Source: an uncultured delta proteobacterium (GTDB lineage: Bacteria; Desulfobacterota; Desulfobacteria; Desulfobacterales; JAHEIW01). From it: a DNA stretch of 64,000 nt. The stretch covers positions 416,001 through 480,000 of the forward strand of contig CAVPNL010000015.1 in the NCBI GenBank assembly GCA_963706575.1, written 5' to 3'. Below, in pieces: positions 10,705-19,942 of this stretch (position 1 is the stretch's first letter; every line of letters begins with the position of its first letter). A model generated the notes under the pieces. The model was not told the origin of the DNA. It was given only the letters and a program-made list of their open reading frames with translations, and made no database searches. The position numbers and the translations under genes are program-made.

Positions 10705-10769
10705 GACATTCCCGCGCAGGCGGGAATCCAGGCGTCTTTGAACTGGACTCCCGCCTGCGCGGGAGTGAC
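10705..10769. repeat. REP-like inverted pair (dRS3/RPE-like ATTCCCGC...GCGGGAAT)
   Basis: gacattcccgcgcaggcgggaatccag followed by its near reverse complement ctggactcccgcctgcgcgggagtgac. Confidence 0.75.
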
Positions 10770-10847
10770 CCTCATTTTGTAGCTTATTTGTAGGACACAA
10801 CACTAGCCCCGCATTAAAAAGATCATTGTTGAAATAAGGAGATTTCC

Positions 10848-11813
10848 ATGCCGGACAGGGATAAACAGGATTCGATTCAGCCAGAACTTTCAAAACCAAC
10901 CGGAAATGTCATCGGCACCCTGGAACCGAAGCTTACCGGAAAACAAATTATTAAGGAAGCTGCCAGATATGTGAATGAACATATCAGCCGCCAGCCGCCG
11001 GTGCAGCGGTTTTTTAGCTTTATGCCCACCATGTTGACCCGGGTTTCACCCTTTCATTTTAAAGGCCGCCATAAATCAAACGAATGGCCGCTGGTGCGCC
11101 TGGACTCCGGCGAAAACAATTCCTGGGGAGGCATGCAGGTTGTCGGTGAGCTGCTGATTATTTTCGATGAAACCATCTTATTTTGTCTCCTGGCGCTCAT
11201 GACGAAATATGAAAGAGATGCTTTTGAGACCTCCCACACAGAACTGGCCCGAATGGCCGGCATCGAACCCACACCCAAAAACGCCGCTGAAATCTGGAAA
11301 AGTATTCAACGGCTGGCCGGAACCCGAATTGACCTGCGGCTCTCCAGAGGCAAAGGGAAAAAAAGAAAAACGTTAAAAGAATTGACCGGCTCGATCCTCA
11401 GCTTTGCGGATAAAGATCAGGGCAGCGGAAAAATCCGGATTGTCGTTAACCCTTATTTCCTGGAGATGTATACGGAAAGTTTTGTGACCAACATTGATAT
11501 GGTTTTCAGAAACCGCTTAAAATCGGATATCAGCAAAGCATTTTATCGTTTCTACCAAGGTCAGTACAAGACCGAATCGCAAACCGAAATCACCCGGTTG
11601 GCCCGGGCCGTAAATCTGAATATCGGACAGGAAATGAATCAGTTGAAATCAAAGGTGCGGACAGGGCTAAAAGAACTGAAGGAGAAGGGGTATCTGGAAG
11701 CCTATGAGGTCACCAGGGATGATCGGGTGATGGTTTCGAAAAGCAAGGATGCGGCCGTCAAATTAGAGAGTCAGATTCTGGGCAAAGCCAATATAGAATA
11801 TTTTATCGATTAA
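10848..11813 (+). CDS. Plasmid replication initiator-like winged-helix protein (TrfA/IncQ RepC-like)
   Basis: Pattern G-x-L-x-x-x-D followed by hydrophobic helix, SxxELARMAG...IWKSIQRL, GSILSF...IVVNP, IDxxxRxxLKSDxxKAFYRF, C-terminal LKELKEKGYL; RBS AAGGAG. Confidence 0.55.
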   Translation: MPDRDKQDSIQPELSKPTGNVIGTLEPKLTGKQIIKEAARYVNEHISRQPPVQRFFSFMPTMLTRVSPFHFKGRHKSNEWPLVRLDSGENNSWGGMQVVGELLIIFDETILFCLLALMTKYERDAFETSHTELARMAGIEPTPKNAAEIWKSIQRLAGTRIDLRLSRGKGKKRKTLKELTGSILSFADKDQGSGKIRIVVNPYFLEMYTESFVTNIDMVFRNRLKSDISKAFYRFYQGQYKTESQTEITRLARAVNLNIGQEMNQLKSKVRTGLKELKEKGYLEAYEVTRDDRVMVSKSKDAAVKLESQILGKANIEYFID

Positions 11814-11937
11814 CAGACTACGGTTATGCCGAACACCGCAAATATGGGCGATAATTTGGAGATGACCGCGAAGTTCACGAAGGATATGTGTTCAGCAGAT
11901 TAAAGGATTTAGCAATAATCTTTGTACATCTTTTAGC

Positions 11938-12492
11938 TTACGCTGCCTTGGTCTTGATGATCCGAAAGGTATTCAGAATGTTTCTAAAGTCACCAATATC
12001 CCTTTGAAAGTAAATCCGATCCGCTGCCGTAAACCGGAGGTTAAAAAAAGTATCCTCTTTTATAAAACCATAATAAAGCGTTTTATACACCTGGCCTTCG
12101 GAGTCCTTGTAAGTATATAAGATCTTAAAGCCTTCATGCCCCTTGATGGCGGCCGGCGTATTATTCAGAATCCTTAAACTCATCAGATTCTGATCGGATA
12201 TCAGCTCATCAATAATAATCTGGGCCGCCTCTTCCGGCAACATTTCCTTTTGGATTTTCTTTTTGGTATTCTGAAACGATCTGCTGATGGGGCGGTTTTG
12301 AACCATAATATATTGCAGAAAGGGGTTTTCTTTGGTGACAAACAGATATCGGTTGTTGTCTATTTTTCGCCAGCCTTCGGGGATGTCAATCGTAAAACTG
12401 TAAGAAGCCGGCTTCGATATTCCGCCGGTATGAGCACAGGCCATACAGCCTGCCACAAACAAAAACAGGATGATCCACACATATTTTTTCAT
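11938..12492 (-). CDS. Hypothetical lipoprotein (PsbP/DcrB-like fold possible)
   Basis: Signal peptide with lipobox (VAGC/MAC); IPEGW motif; TAATG overlap with upstream M48 gene. Confidence 0.65.
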   Translation of the reverse strand: MKKYVWIILFLFVAGCMACAHTGGISKPASYSFTIDIPEGWRKIDNNRYLFVTKENPFLQYIMVQNRPISRSFQNTKKKIQKEMLPEEAAQIIIDELISDQNLMSLRILNNTPAAIKGHEGFKILYTYKDSEGQVYKTLYYGFIKEDTFFNLRFTAADRIYFQRDIGDFRNILNTFRIIKTKAA

Positions 12493-13736
12493 TATCCTTC
12501 CTCGCTGAGCGTGCATTGCCTTAAGTATCCCTGAATATAGGCTTTGTCCGGAGCGTTGGGCGAAAGCTGCAGACACGACTCAAAAAATTTTTTGGCCAGC
12601 GCGTGGTGACCTTTTTTATAATGGATTAACCCGATGGCTTTGTGGGGAGCTGCATAACCCGGATCCAGGGTGATGGCGCGGTTGTAGTTTCTGAGCGCCA
12701 TGTGGGTATCTGTAACCTGCCCCTGCTGTCTGTAGATTTCTCCGAGTAAAAAAAAGGCCCGGCTGTCATCCGGTTTAACCTGCAAAAATTTTTCAATACC
12801 CCGCTTGGCGGCCTGAAACCGTCCCAACCGGATATCCAATCTGGCATTATCTAAATACAACTGCCCCAGTTTTGCAAAATATATTTCGCGGTTTTTAATT
12901 GCAGACCTTTTATTTAAGTATACAGGATCGGGCAGATTTTGCAAATTATCAACTCGCTGCCGGACCGTGGGGTGGCTTCCGAAAAAGAAAGGTTCCTCGA
13001 GTTCCTCCCGTTCAATTTCGGTGATCATATGGTCAAAAAGAAAAAATGCCTCCTTCGGATTATAGCCTGCTGCGGTCATCAATTCAATTCCCAACCGATC
13101 CGCTTCAGACTCCAGTTCGCGGGCATATCCGCTGATGGCTGCCATCGCCCCGGTGACACCCAGATAACGGGCCATCTCCTGCAAACCCCTGGTTTTAAGC
13201 AGCGTGTGTTGAACGGCAGTTAAAAGGGCCGGTTGCTCTTTGTACTTTCGAAAGGCCCGCAGGGCGTGTCGTTGGGTGCAGTGGATCAACTCATGCGCCA
13301 GGACAGCTGCCAGCTGGTCTTCACTGTCCATTCGAGCCAACAACCCGGTATGAATATAAATCATTCCATTGGGGTAGGCGAAGGCATTCAGATAGGCATT
13401 CTTGATGACTTTCACTCGGATCACCAGATTTTCCGTTCCAGCTTGAGGCTTCAGCTTGGTCGCCACTGCATTTAAGTAGTCTTCAAGTTCCTGATCCGGG
13501 TAAATAAGGCCATTATCTTCAATGGCGAGTTGCTCTTGTTCAGATTTATGCCAGAGCATTTGCTCATCTTCATTCGTCAGCAGTGCATCAGGCATAAGAG
13601 AAACATTCGGTTTTGAATAGGTTGAGCAATTCGTTGCCAACGTGATGAAAAGCAGACAGGACAGGCAAAAGAAAAAATTGCTGCGTCCCGTGTCTATTTT
13701 TGCCTTTTTGATGAAGGTTGCGTTCCGCATAGCCAA
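12492..13736 (-). CDS. M48 family metalloprotease with C-terminal TPR (BepA-like), probable lipoprotein
   Basis: NAFAYPNG, HELIH (HExxH), ESEAD and SHP motifs; TPR repeats. Confidence 0.9.
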   Translation of the reverse strand: MAMRNATFIKKAKIDTGRSNFFFCLSCLLFITLATNCSTYSKPNVSLMPDALLTNEDEQMLWHKSEQEQLAIEDNGLIYPDQELEDYLNAVATKLKPQAGTENLVIRVKVIKNAYLNAFAYPNGMIYIHTGLLARMDSEDQLAAVLAHELIHCTQRHALRAFRKYKEQPALLTAVQHTLLKTRGLQEMARYLGVTGAMAAISGYARELESEADRLGIELMTAAGYNPKEAFFLFDHMITEIEREELEEPFFFGSHPTVRQRVDNLQNLPDPVYLNKRSAIKNREIYFAKLGQLYLDNARLDIRLGRFQAAKRGIEKFLQVKPDDSRAFFLLGEIYRQQGQVTDTHMALRNYNRAITLDPGYAAPHKAIGLIHYKKGHHALAKKFFESCLQLSPNAPDKAYIQGYLRQCTLSEEG

Positions 13737-13828
13737 AGAAGTAAATCCTATTTATTATTAATATCAACTGGTTAAAATATTTTGTATTTGCTGCAGCAGT
13801 CGGAAAACAATTCTTGCGATATATTAAG

Positions 13829-13844
13829 AGCAAAAGTTGTGCCT
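13829..13844 (-). promoter_or_regulatory. Sigma-54 (-24/-12) promoter for the M48 operon
   Basis: Minus strand AGGCACAACTTTTGCT = GG-N10-GC. Confidence 0.6.
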
Positions 13845-14156
13845 GCCACGCAGAAATTAACGTCGGATGCCCAGTCCAGGTTTATAAGAACGCAGAGCGG
13901 GCATTAATTATTCATCGGTAATAACTGCACCAAACTTAAGGGTGTTATGCGGTCGGAAAAGGAAGGAAACGTCAGGAGGGTCTGTGGGGAATTTTGCTCA
14001 ACACTTCTACTCTTCTATACATATAGAAAAAAATCACTTTTTTTTTCTTCTAATCATTTTTTTTGTTGTCTTTTAGTAATTTATGTTTAATATATTCAGT
14101 ATCAATAATTTTTTTTCGAGCGTTGGGGGGCAGATTTTAAAAAAGGAGGAAAGAAA

Positions 14157-14363
14157 ATGAAAAAGCTAATTGTTTTACTCGCCATTGGGTTATTTCTCGC
14201 AGGATGCAGTTCCGAGTTTTACAAACACGATTCGCTGTTTAAAGACTGGGATCATGTTAAGTTTAGCTGGGGCGGATATAAAAATCCGACCGCCGAGCAT
14301 GCAAAAATGTCAGATGAACGCGGATGGTGGGGAGAAGAAATACCTTACATTCCTGCTGAATAA
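14157..14363 (+). CDS. Small lipoprotein
   Basis: MKK plus hydrophobic stretch plus LAGC lipobox; strong RBS AGGAGG. Confidence 0.8.
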   Translation: MKKLIVLLAIGLFLAGCSSEFYKHDSLFKDWDHVKFSWGGYKNPTAEHAKMSDERGWWGEEIPYIPAE

Positions 14364-14649
14364 CAGCAGCGTCTGGCTAAGAATGGTTAAACCGAATAAA
14401 AAACTTTTCTCTTTCTGCTAAAACCAGCCGCTCAATCTCAAAGATACTCTGGTATGCCGTGTTGGCGGTAAAGCGGTTTATGCAGATAAGATCCTGACGC
14501 CGACATCCGACAATAATCAAATTGTTTTAAAAAGGTGGTTCATGGGAAACGGCAGATGACCGATTTCTGGGGCCACCTTTTTAAGTCTTATCTTAATACC
14601 CATCTGAACCCATTAATATCCTGATTTTCACTTTTACGAATCCACCCAA

Positions 14650-14708
14650 CTACTATATGTTGTGGTCCATCTTTCTTGACCCCCAACTTACATTACCATA
14701 TACTTTTT
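14650..14708 (+). promoter_or_regulatory. Sigma-70 promoter with NrdR-like box
   Basis: CTACTATATGTTGTGG (14650-14665) matches the NrdR consensus; TTGACC (14676)-N17-TATACT (14699). Confidence 0.5.
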
Positions 14709-14806
14709 GACAATTGGTATCGTTTGGCCATATAAATACATTGGAAATGGTTTAAGGCACCAGCAGTGGTTTCAAAACCCCCTTTCAGCGTTTCGAGGCA
14801 TAAGAG

Positions 14807-15685
14807 ATGAGTTTTTCGCGGAATTGGATGGGAATTTTCTCGATCTTCTTTACCCTCGCTATTGCGGCAGCCTGCATCCCCAATAAGCAAATGACCGTGG
14901 GCTCCGCTGCAACGCTTCTGGAAGATGTCTCCAACTCTGCCAATAAGCAATCCGATCTAAGGGTTATCCGCGAAGGGATGCCCGCCTACCTCATGTTGAT
15001 TGACGGCATGGTCGAAGCTGTGCCGGACAATGCGCGCCTGCTGATAACCGCCGCTCAGGCCTACGCCTCATTCGCCTCCGCCTTTGTCGAAGATGCGGAC
15101 ACCGAATACGCGCGCACGCTCTATGAAAAGGCCAAAAAATATGCGCTGCGCGCGCTCGAACAGCGGGGTTTGAAACACCCGGTTTCAAAACCCTTTGACG
15201 GCTTCGAAGAAGCATTAAACCGGCTGGGCAAGGACGATGTCCCCTACATGTTCTGGGCGGCAATGTGCTGGGGAAGCTGGATCCGGTTAAGTTTAGGCTC
15301 GATGGCTGCCCTGGCCGAACTGCCCCGGGTAGAGACCTTAATGAAACGGGTGCTGGTGCTGGATGAACAATTCTACTTCGGCGGCCCCCATCTGTTTATG
15401 GGTATCTGGTTTGCCTCCAGGCCCAAAATGGCCGGGGGTGACTTAACCCGGGCGCAGCACCATTTCCAAAAAGCCCTGGAATTAAGCCAGGGCAAGTTTT
15501 TAATGACCCAGGTTTATTACGCCGACCAGTATGCCCGAAAAACCTTTGACAGGAATCTATTCGTGACCACCCTTCAGAATGTATTGGAGACTCCGGCCGA
15601 CAAAATACCGCAGTTAACATTGCTCAACACCGTGGCCCATAAAAGAGCAAAAGAACTGCTTGAACAGGTAGACGAATATTTTTAG
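14807..15685 (+). CDS. tatT: TRAP transporter TatT component (TPAT lipoprotein)
   Basis: Lipobox AAAC; all-helical TPR-like protein with RPxxAGGD motif; first gene of a dctPQM operon. Confidence 0.85.
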   Translation: MSFSRNWMGIFSIFFTLAIAAACIPNKQMTVGSAATLLEDVSNSANKQSDLRVIREGMPAYLMLIDGMVEAVPDNARLLITAAQAYASFASAFVEDADTEYARTLYEKAKKYALRALEQRGLKHPVSKPFDGFEEALNRLGKDDVPYMFWAAMCWGSWIRLSLGSMAALAELPRVETLMKRVLVLDEQFYFGGPHLFMGIWFASRPKMAGGDLTRAQHHFQKALELSQGKFLMTQVYYADQYARKTFDRNLFVTTLQNVLETPADKIPQLTLLNTVAHKRAKELLEQVDEYF

Positions 15686-15696
15686 GAGACCTTCGT

Positions 15697-16722
15697 ATGA
15701 TCCGATCCGCAGTGATAAAAATAATCTGGCTCGGTTTTATCGCTTTGAGTCTGACGATGCCGCCTGCCGTGAGTGTGGCGAAGACGCTCCAGATCAAAAT
15801 TGCCACCTTGGCCCCGGAGGGAAGTTCGTGGATTAATACCTTTCATGCCATCGATGCAGAGGTGCGCACGAAAACTGATAAGCAGATCGGCTTTAAATTT
15901 TATCCCGGCGGGGTATTAGGGGATGAAAAAGATATGCTTAGAAAGATGCATATCGGACAGATTCACGCTGCCGCACTGACCTCTGCGGGCTTATCCGCTA
16001 TCTTCAGTGAAATGGATGTATTCCAGATCCCTTTTCTTTTTAAGTCGCATCATGAGGTCGATTATGTGATCGAAGAAATGGATGCATTTTTTCGAAAAGG
16101 ATTCGATGAAAACGGCTATGTCCTCTTGGGCTGGTCTGAGGGTGGATTTGTGCGCCTGATGTCAACCACGCCGGTGGCCACCCTGGATGATCTCAGAAAG
16201 GTCAAAGTCTGGACCTGGGAAGATTCACCCATGACCAAAGTGATATTTGACCAGGCCAATGTATCGGCCATTCCGCTTTCGGTGCCGGACGTTTTGGTCG
16301 GACTGCAAACCGGTCTGGTGGATGTGGTTTACGCCCCGCCGAGCGGCGCCATTGTCCTGCAATGGTTTACCAAAACCAAATACATGACCGACGTCAATCT
16401 GATCTACCTGATCGGGGGCCTGGTCATGCAGAAGAACGTATTTAATAAAATTTCGCCCGACCACCAGAAGATTCTTCTGGAAACCTGCCGGCGCCGGATG
16501 ATTGAGCTGAAAGCAACCGTCCGTAAAGAAAACCGGGAAGCGATTCAGGTGATGGTCAAACACGGTGTAAAAATCATTACCCCTACGCCGGCACAGGTCG
16601 CCGATTTTAAAAAAGTATCCGATCAAGCCATGCAGCGTCTGGAGGGCAAAAGCTTTTCTAAAAAGATACGGGATGAAGTCATCAGCAAAATAGAAACTTA
16701 CAGAAAGAATAACCCACAATGA
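15697..16722 (+). CDS. dctP: TRAP substrate-binding protein DctP (TatP type)
   Basis: IKIATLAPEGSSW, YPGGVLGDE and LQTGLVD motifs. Confidence 0.9.
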   Translation: MIRSAVIKIIWLGFIALSLTMPPAVSVAKTLQIKIATLAPEGSSWINTFHAIDAEVRTKTDKQIGFKFYPGGVLGDEKDMLRKMHIGQIHAAALTSAGLSAIFSEMDVFQIPFLFKSHHEVDYVIEEMDAFFRKGFDENGYVLLGWSEGGFVRLMSTTPVATLDDLRKVKVWTWEDSPMTKVIFDQANVSAIPLSVPDVLVGLQTGLVDVVYAPPSGAIVLQWFTKTKYMTDVNLIYLIGGLVMQKNVFNKISPDHQKILLETCRRRMIELKATVRKENREAIQVMVKHGVKIITPTPAQVADFKKVSDQAMQRLEGKSFSKKIRDEVISKIETYRKNNPQ

Positions 16723-17234
16723 ACAGATGGCAAAGATGGGATGAAATCCTTGGCCGGGTAGAAAAATTCCTGGTGACTGCCATGCTGAGCACTATGATCC
16801 TGCTGGCATTTTTACAGATTATACTGCGAAATGTTTTTAGTAGCGGGATTTCCTGGGGGGATCCGCTGGTTCGCTATCTGGTTCTGTGGGTGGGGTTTAT
16901 CGGGGCCAGTCTGGCGACCAAGGAAGGAAAACATATCACCATCGAGGTGTTTTCAAGATGGTTTTCAGGGTCCGGCAACCGGTATCTCAAAGTGATTCCC
17001 CATCTGGTATCGGCCTTTATCTGCGGCCTGCTGACCTTTGCCGGTTGGACGTTTGTTCAAAATGAGGCCCAGATGGGCGGCACCACTTTTCTGGAAATTC
17101 CGGCCTGGATTCCCCAGGTCATTATTCCCACCACCTTTGCCCTGATGACCCTGCGTTTTGGATTCCGCGCTTTCACAAAGTTTGCGATGATTTTTAACCC
17201 CGACAATTTTAGCGAACACGGAAAGCCTTCATGA
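16719..17234 (+). CDS. dctQ: TRAP small permease DctQ
   Basis: 4 TM; QIILRN and HITIE motifs; ATGA overlap. Confidence 0.9.
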   Translation: MNRWQRWDEILGRVEKFLVTAMLSTMILLAFLQIILRNVFSSGISWGDPLVRYLVLWVGFIGASLATKEGKHITIEVFSRWFSGSGNRYLKVIPHLVSAFICGLLTFAGWTFVQNEAQMGGTTFLEIPAWIPQVIIPTTFALMTLRFGFRAFTKFAMIFNPDNFSEHGKPS

Positions 17235-18490
17235 TTCTTCTGGCCGTCCTTGCAGCCGTTCTTTTAATGCTGATCGGTGTGCCCGTTTTTATCGTCATCT
17301 GCGGGCTGGCCGTATATCTGTTTTTTATCAGCGGGATCGACCTGTCGGCCATCATCATCGAAATGCATCGTATGGCCACCACCCCGGTGCTGGTGGCCAT
17401 TCCGCTGTTTACCTTTGCGGGCTATCTTCTTTCAGAAAGCGGCGCCCCCAAACGGCTGATCCGGCTTTCAAACGCCGTCCTTGGCTGGCTGCCGGGAGGA
17501 CTTGCGGTCATCGCCCTGATTTGCTGCGCGATTTTTACAGCCCTGACCGGGGCCACCGGCCTGACCATCATTGCTCTGGGTGGAATCCTGCTGCCGGCAA
17601 TGACCCGGGGGAAATATCCGGAAGTCTTCTCACTGGGCCTATTGACCACCTCGGGAACGCTGGGACTGCTGTTTCCTCCCAGCCTGCCCCTGATCATCTA
17701 TGCCATCGTCGCCAAAGTCAGAATCGATCAGCTTTTCATTGCCGGCATTATACCCGGAATTTTGCTGGTGGTGCTGCTGTCGGTTTTCAGCATCAACCGG
17801 GCCGTTCAAAACAATATACCCAAAACGCGTTTACAGATATCTGAGATTTTGAGCGCCATAAAAGCAGCAGTGTGGGAACTGCCCCTGCCGCTGGTGGTTC
17901 TGGGCGGGATTTACAGCGGAAAGTTTGCCGTCAGCGAGGCTGCGGCAATTACGGCCGTGTATGTGCTGATTGTAGAAATTTTTATTTATCGGGATATTCG
18001 CTGGAAAGACCTGCCGGAAATTATGAAAAAAAGCATGGTCCTGGTCGGCGCGGTCTTGATTATTCTGGGTGCCGCCATGGGTCTGACCAACTATCTGATC
18101 GATGCCGAAATTCCAATGCAGATGCTGGAATTTTTCAAGCTCCACATCGAAAGCAAGATACTGTTTTTGATCGTATTAAATATTTTTCTGCTGGCGGTCG
18201 GCTGTACCATGGGAATTTTTTCAGCCCTGGTTGTGGTCGTCCCGCTGCTCTCGCCGATTGCTCAGGCCTACGGAATCGACCCCATTCACCTGGGAATCAT
18301 CTTTTTAGCCAATCTGGAAATCGGCGCTTCCATCCCTCCGCTGGGTATCAACCTGTTTATTGCCAGCATCCGCTTTGAAAGACCGGTTTTAAGGCTCTAT
18401 GTGGCCTCATTGCCCTTTATCGCCATCCTGCTGCTGGCCTTAGCCCTGATTACTTACATCCCCTGGATGAGTCTTGTATTGCTCAAATAG
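17231..18490 (+). CDS. dctM: TRAP large permease DctM
   Basis: AIPLFTFAG, GTLGLLFPPS, GIDPIHLG and PPLGINLF motifs. Confidence 0.92.
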   Translation: MILLAVLAAVLLMLIGVPVFIVICGLAVYLFFISGIDLSAIIIEMHRMATTPVLVAIPLFTFAGYLLSESGAPKRLIRLSNAVLGWLPGGLAVIALICCAIFTALTGATGLTIIALGGILLPAMTRGKYPEVFSLGLLTTSGTLGLLFPPSLPLIIYAIVAKVRIDQLFIAGIIPGILLVVLLSVFSINRAVQNNIPKTRLQISEILSAIKAAVWELPLPLVVLGGIYSGKFAVSEAAAITAVYVLIVEIFIYRDIRWKDLPEIMKKSMVLVGAVLIILGAAMGLTNYLIDAEIPMQMLEFFKLHIESKILFLIVLNIFLLAVGCTMGIFSALVVVVPLLSPIAQAYGIDPIHLGIIFLANLEIGASIPPLGINLFIASIRFERPVLRLYVASLPFIAILLLALALITYIPWMSLVLLK

Positions 18491-18671
18491 CTTACCGAAA
18501 AATTGATAAGCTTTCCCGGCATACTTTGCCAAAATAACGACCAAAATGATTCCGATCACGGGAACCAGAATTGTTGTGGCCGGTCATAAAGGACCGCTTT
18601 CAAGCGGTAAAAACGAATTTAGATCGGCAAAATTGCTTTGAATCATCACAACTCCTATTCAGACGAATAAT

Positions 18672-18780
18672 TTAGCGATTAAACAAAACCATGCCGCTAA
18701 AAATAAGTATCATTCCGATCAGATGAAAGACCTTGAGATATTCGTCGAGCCAGATAATGGCCATTACCGACGCAAATATC
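18672..18780 (-). pseudogene. C-terminal remnant of an EamA/DMT transporter
   Basis: Manual translation IFASVMAIIWLDEYLKVFHLIGMILIFSGMVLFNR*; no start codon, in-frame stop just upstream. Confidence 0.5.
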
Positions 18781-18861
18781 GAATAATTCCAGCATTAAGT
18801 CAAGCACACCCAGACACATTGATGTTGACAGCAATTAGATTATAGTTAATATCAAATTGTT

Positions 18862-19143
18862 ATGGAAGAATCGCCCCATGAGGAATATGAGGAGCAAGAA
18901 AAGTATCCCCGGGTTAACACTTACTGGTGGATCCGGCAGATCATCTTAGTCGCAATCGCCGGGTTTTATCTGGTCTTCGGTATTCAACTGCTGGTTTCCG
19001 CCTACCAGCTCAATGATCCGACGTCTTTCATCTTTACCTTTTACGCATCCAATTTTATGATCCTGTTCAGCGGCGCCCTGCTGGTGGGCTTTATTTATCG
19101 TTTGGTGGTGACCTATCGCCGAACGCGAAGCAATCTCACCTGA
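18862..19143 (+). CDS. Small 2-TM membrane protein
   Basis: Two hydrophobic helices; TTGACA-type promoter upstream. Confidence 0.65.
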   Translation: MEESPHEEYEEQEKYPRVNTYWWIRQIILVAIAGFYLVFGIQLLVSAYQLNDPTSFIFTFYASNFMILFSGALLVGFIYRLVVTYRRTRSNLT

Positions 19144-19148
19144 GCCGA

Positions 19149-19496
19149 TCACTCCGCTTCCGTCAAACCTTCAACGATTTCAAGCGGAAAAGCAAATAAA
19201 ATGCCCTTGCCGGGCTCACAAAGATCTCCGCAGAAAGATTTGACAATTTCGATGGCTTTATTAAGGGTATCTTTATCCTTTACGACGGTCAGGATGATAC
19301 GGTTGGATGATTCAAGGTCGGTAATGACTTTGTTGATATGGTCCGAAAACTGTAACGACGCTTTTGTTTGCATAAGAATTCTTCCCATACCGGTGGCATT
19401 TATGACCGTTGAGCCTTTAATGCCTGCGTCGGCAAAACCGGCCATAATATCTGACAGCAGCTGAGTTTGTTCTAAAATACTAACCAGCAAATACAT
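19149..19496 (-). CDS. P-II-like (GlnB/K superfamily) protein
   Basis: GIKGSTVINATGMG and GDLCEPGKGILFAFPL motifs; RBS GGAGG. Confidence 0.75.
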   Translation of the reverse strand: MYLLVSILEQTQLLSDIMAGFADAGIKGSTVINATGMGRILMQTKASLQFSDHINKVITDLESSNRIILTVVKDKDTLNKAIEIVKSFCGDLCEPGKGILFAFPLEIVEGLTEAE

Positions 19497-19932
19497 TGAA
19501 CACCTCCATTTTCGATTTAAAAATTTTGGCAGCTAATTTTTTGGAAAAGATTACCGGCACATCCGGCTGTTTGGTGAATTTAAATTTAACAAAATCACCG
19601 AATAAGCGTCTGCTTCCCGCTTCAGTTGATATATCCGTCCACGGGAAAAACAACGGCGGGTGGCCAACCCGAAAAATCGGAAATACCGACAGATAAAGCC
19701 CATATTTGTTGGCGCCAACAGTTACGCAATTGTTGTAATTCGTCCATCGGCGCATGCCAACACTTTTTAACCACATTTTCTGACCGTCAAATGCTGAATT
19801 CGCCCGATAGTCCTGGGACAATATTTTCCAACCACCGACAGCAGATATTACCTTACAAACACCAACCCAAATAATGATGAAAAATAATAAATAGGCCGGT
19901 ACGGAAAACAGCTCAAATTGATTTAGATACAT
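19480..19932 (-). CDS. Hypothetical membrane-anchored protein
   Basis: N-terminal TM; HPPLFFPWTDI; overlaps the next gene in the operon. Confidence 0.65.
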   Translation of the reverse strand: MYLNQFELFSVPAYLLFFIIIWVGVCKVISAVGGWKILSQDYRANSAFDGQKMWLKSVGMRRWTNYNNCVTVGANKYGLYLSVFPIFRVGHPPLFFPWTDISTEAGSRRLFGDFVKFKFTKQPDVPVIFSKKLAAKIFKSKMEVFNVFAG

Positions 19933-19942
19933 GATTAAGCTT

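Noticed and set aside
10420..10847. Iteron-containing plasmid origin upstream of the Rep-like gene
   Set aside because: The region is AT-rich but I found no direct-repeat iteron series by eye.
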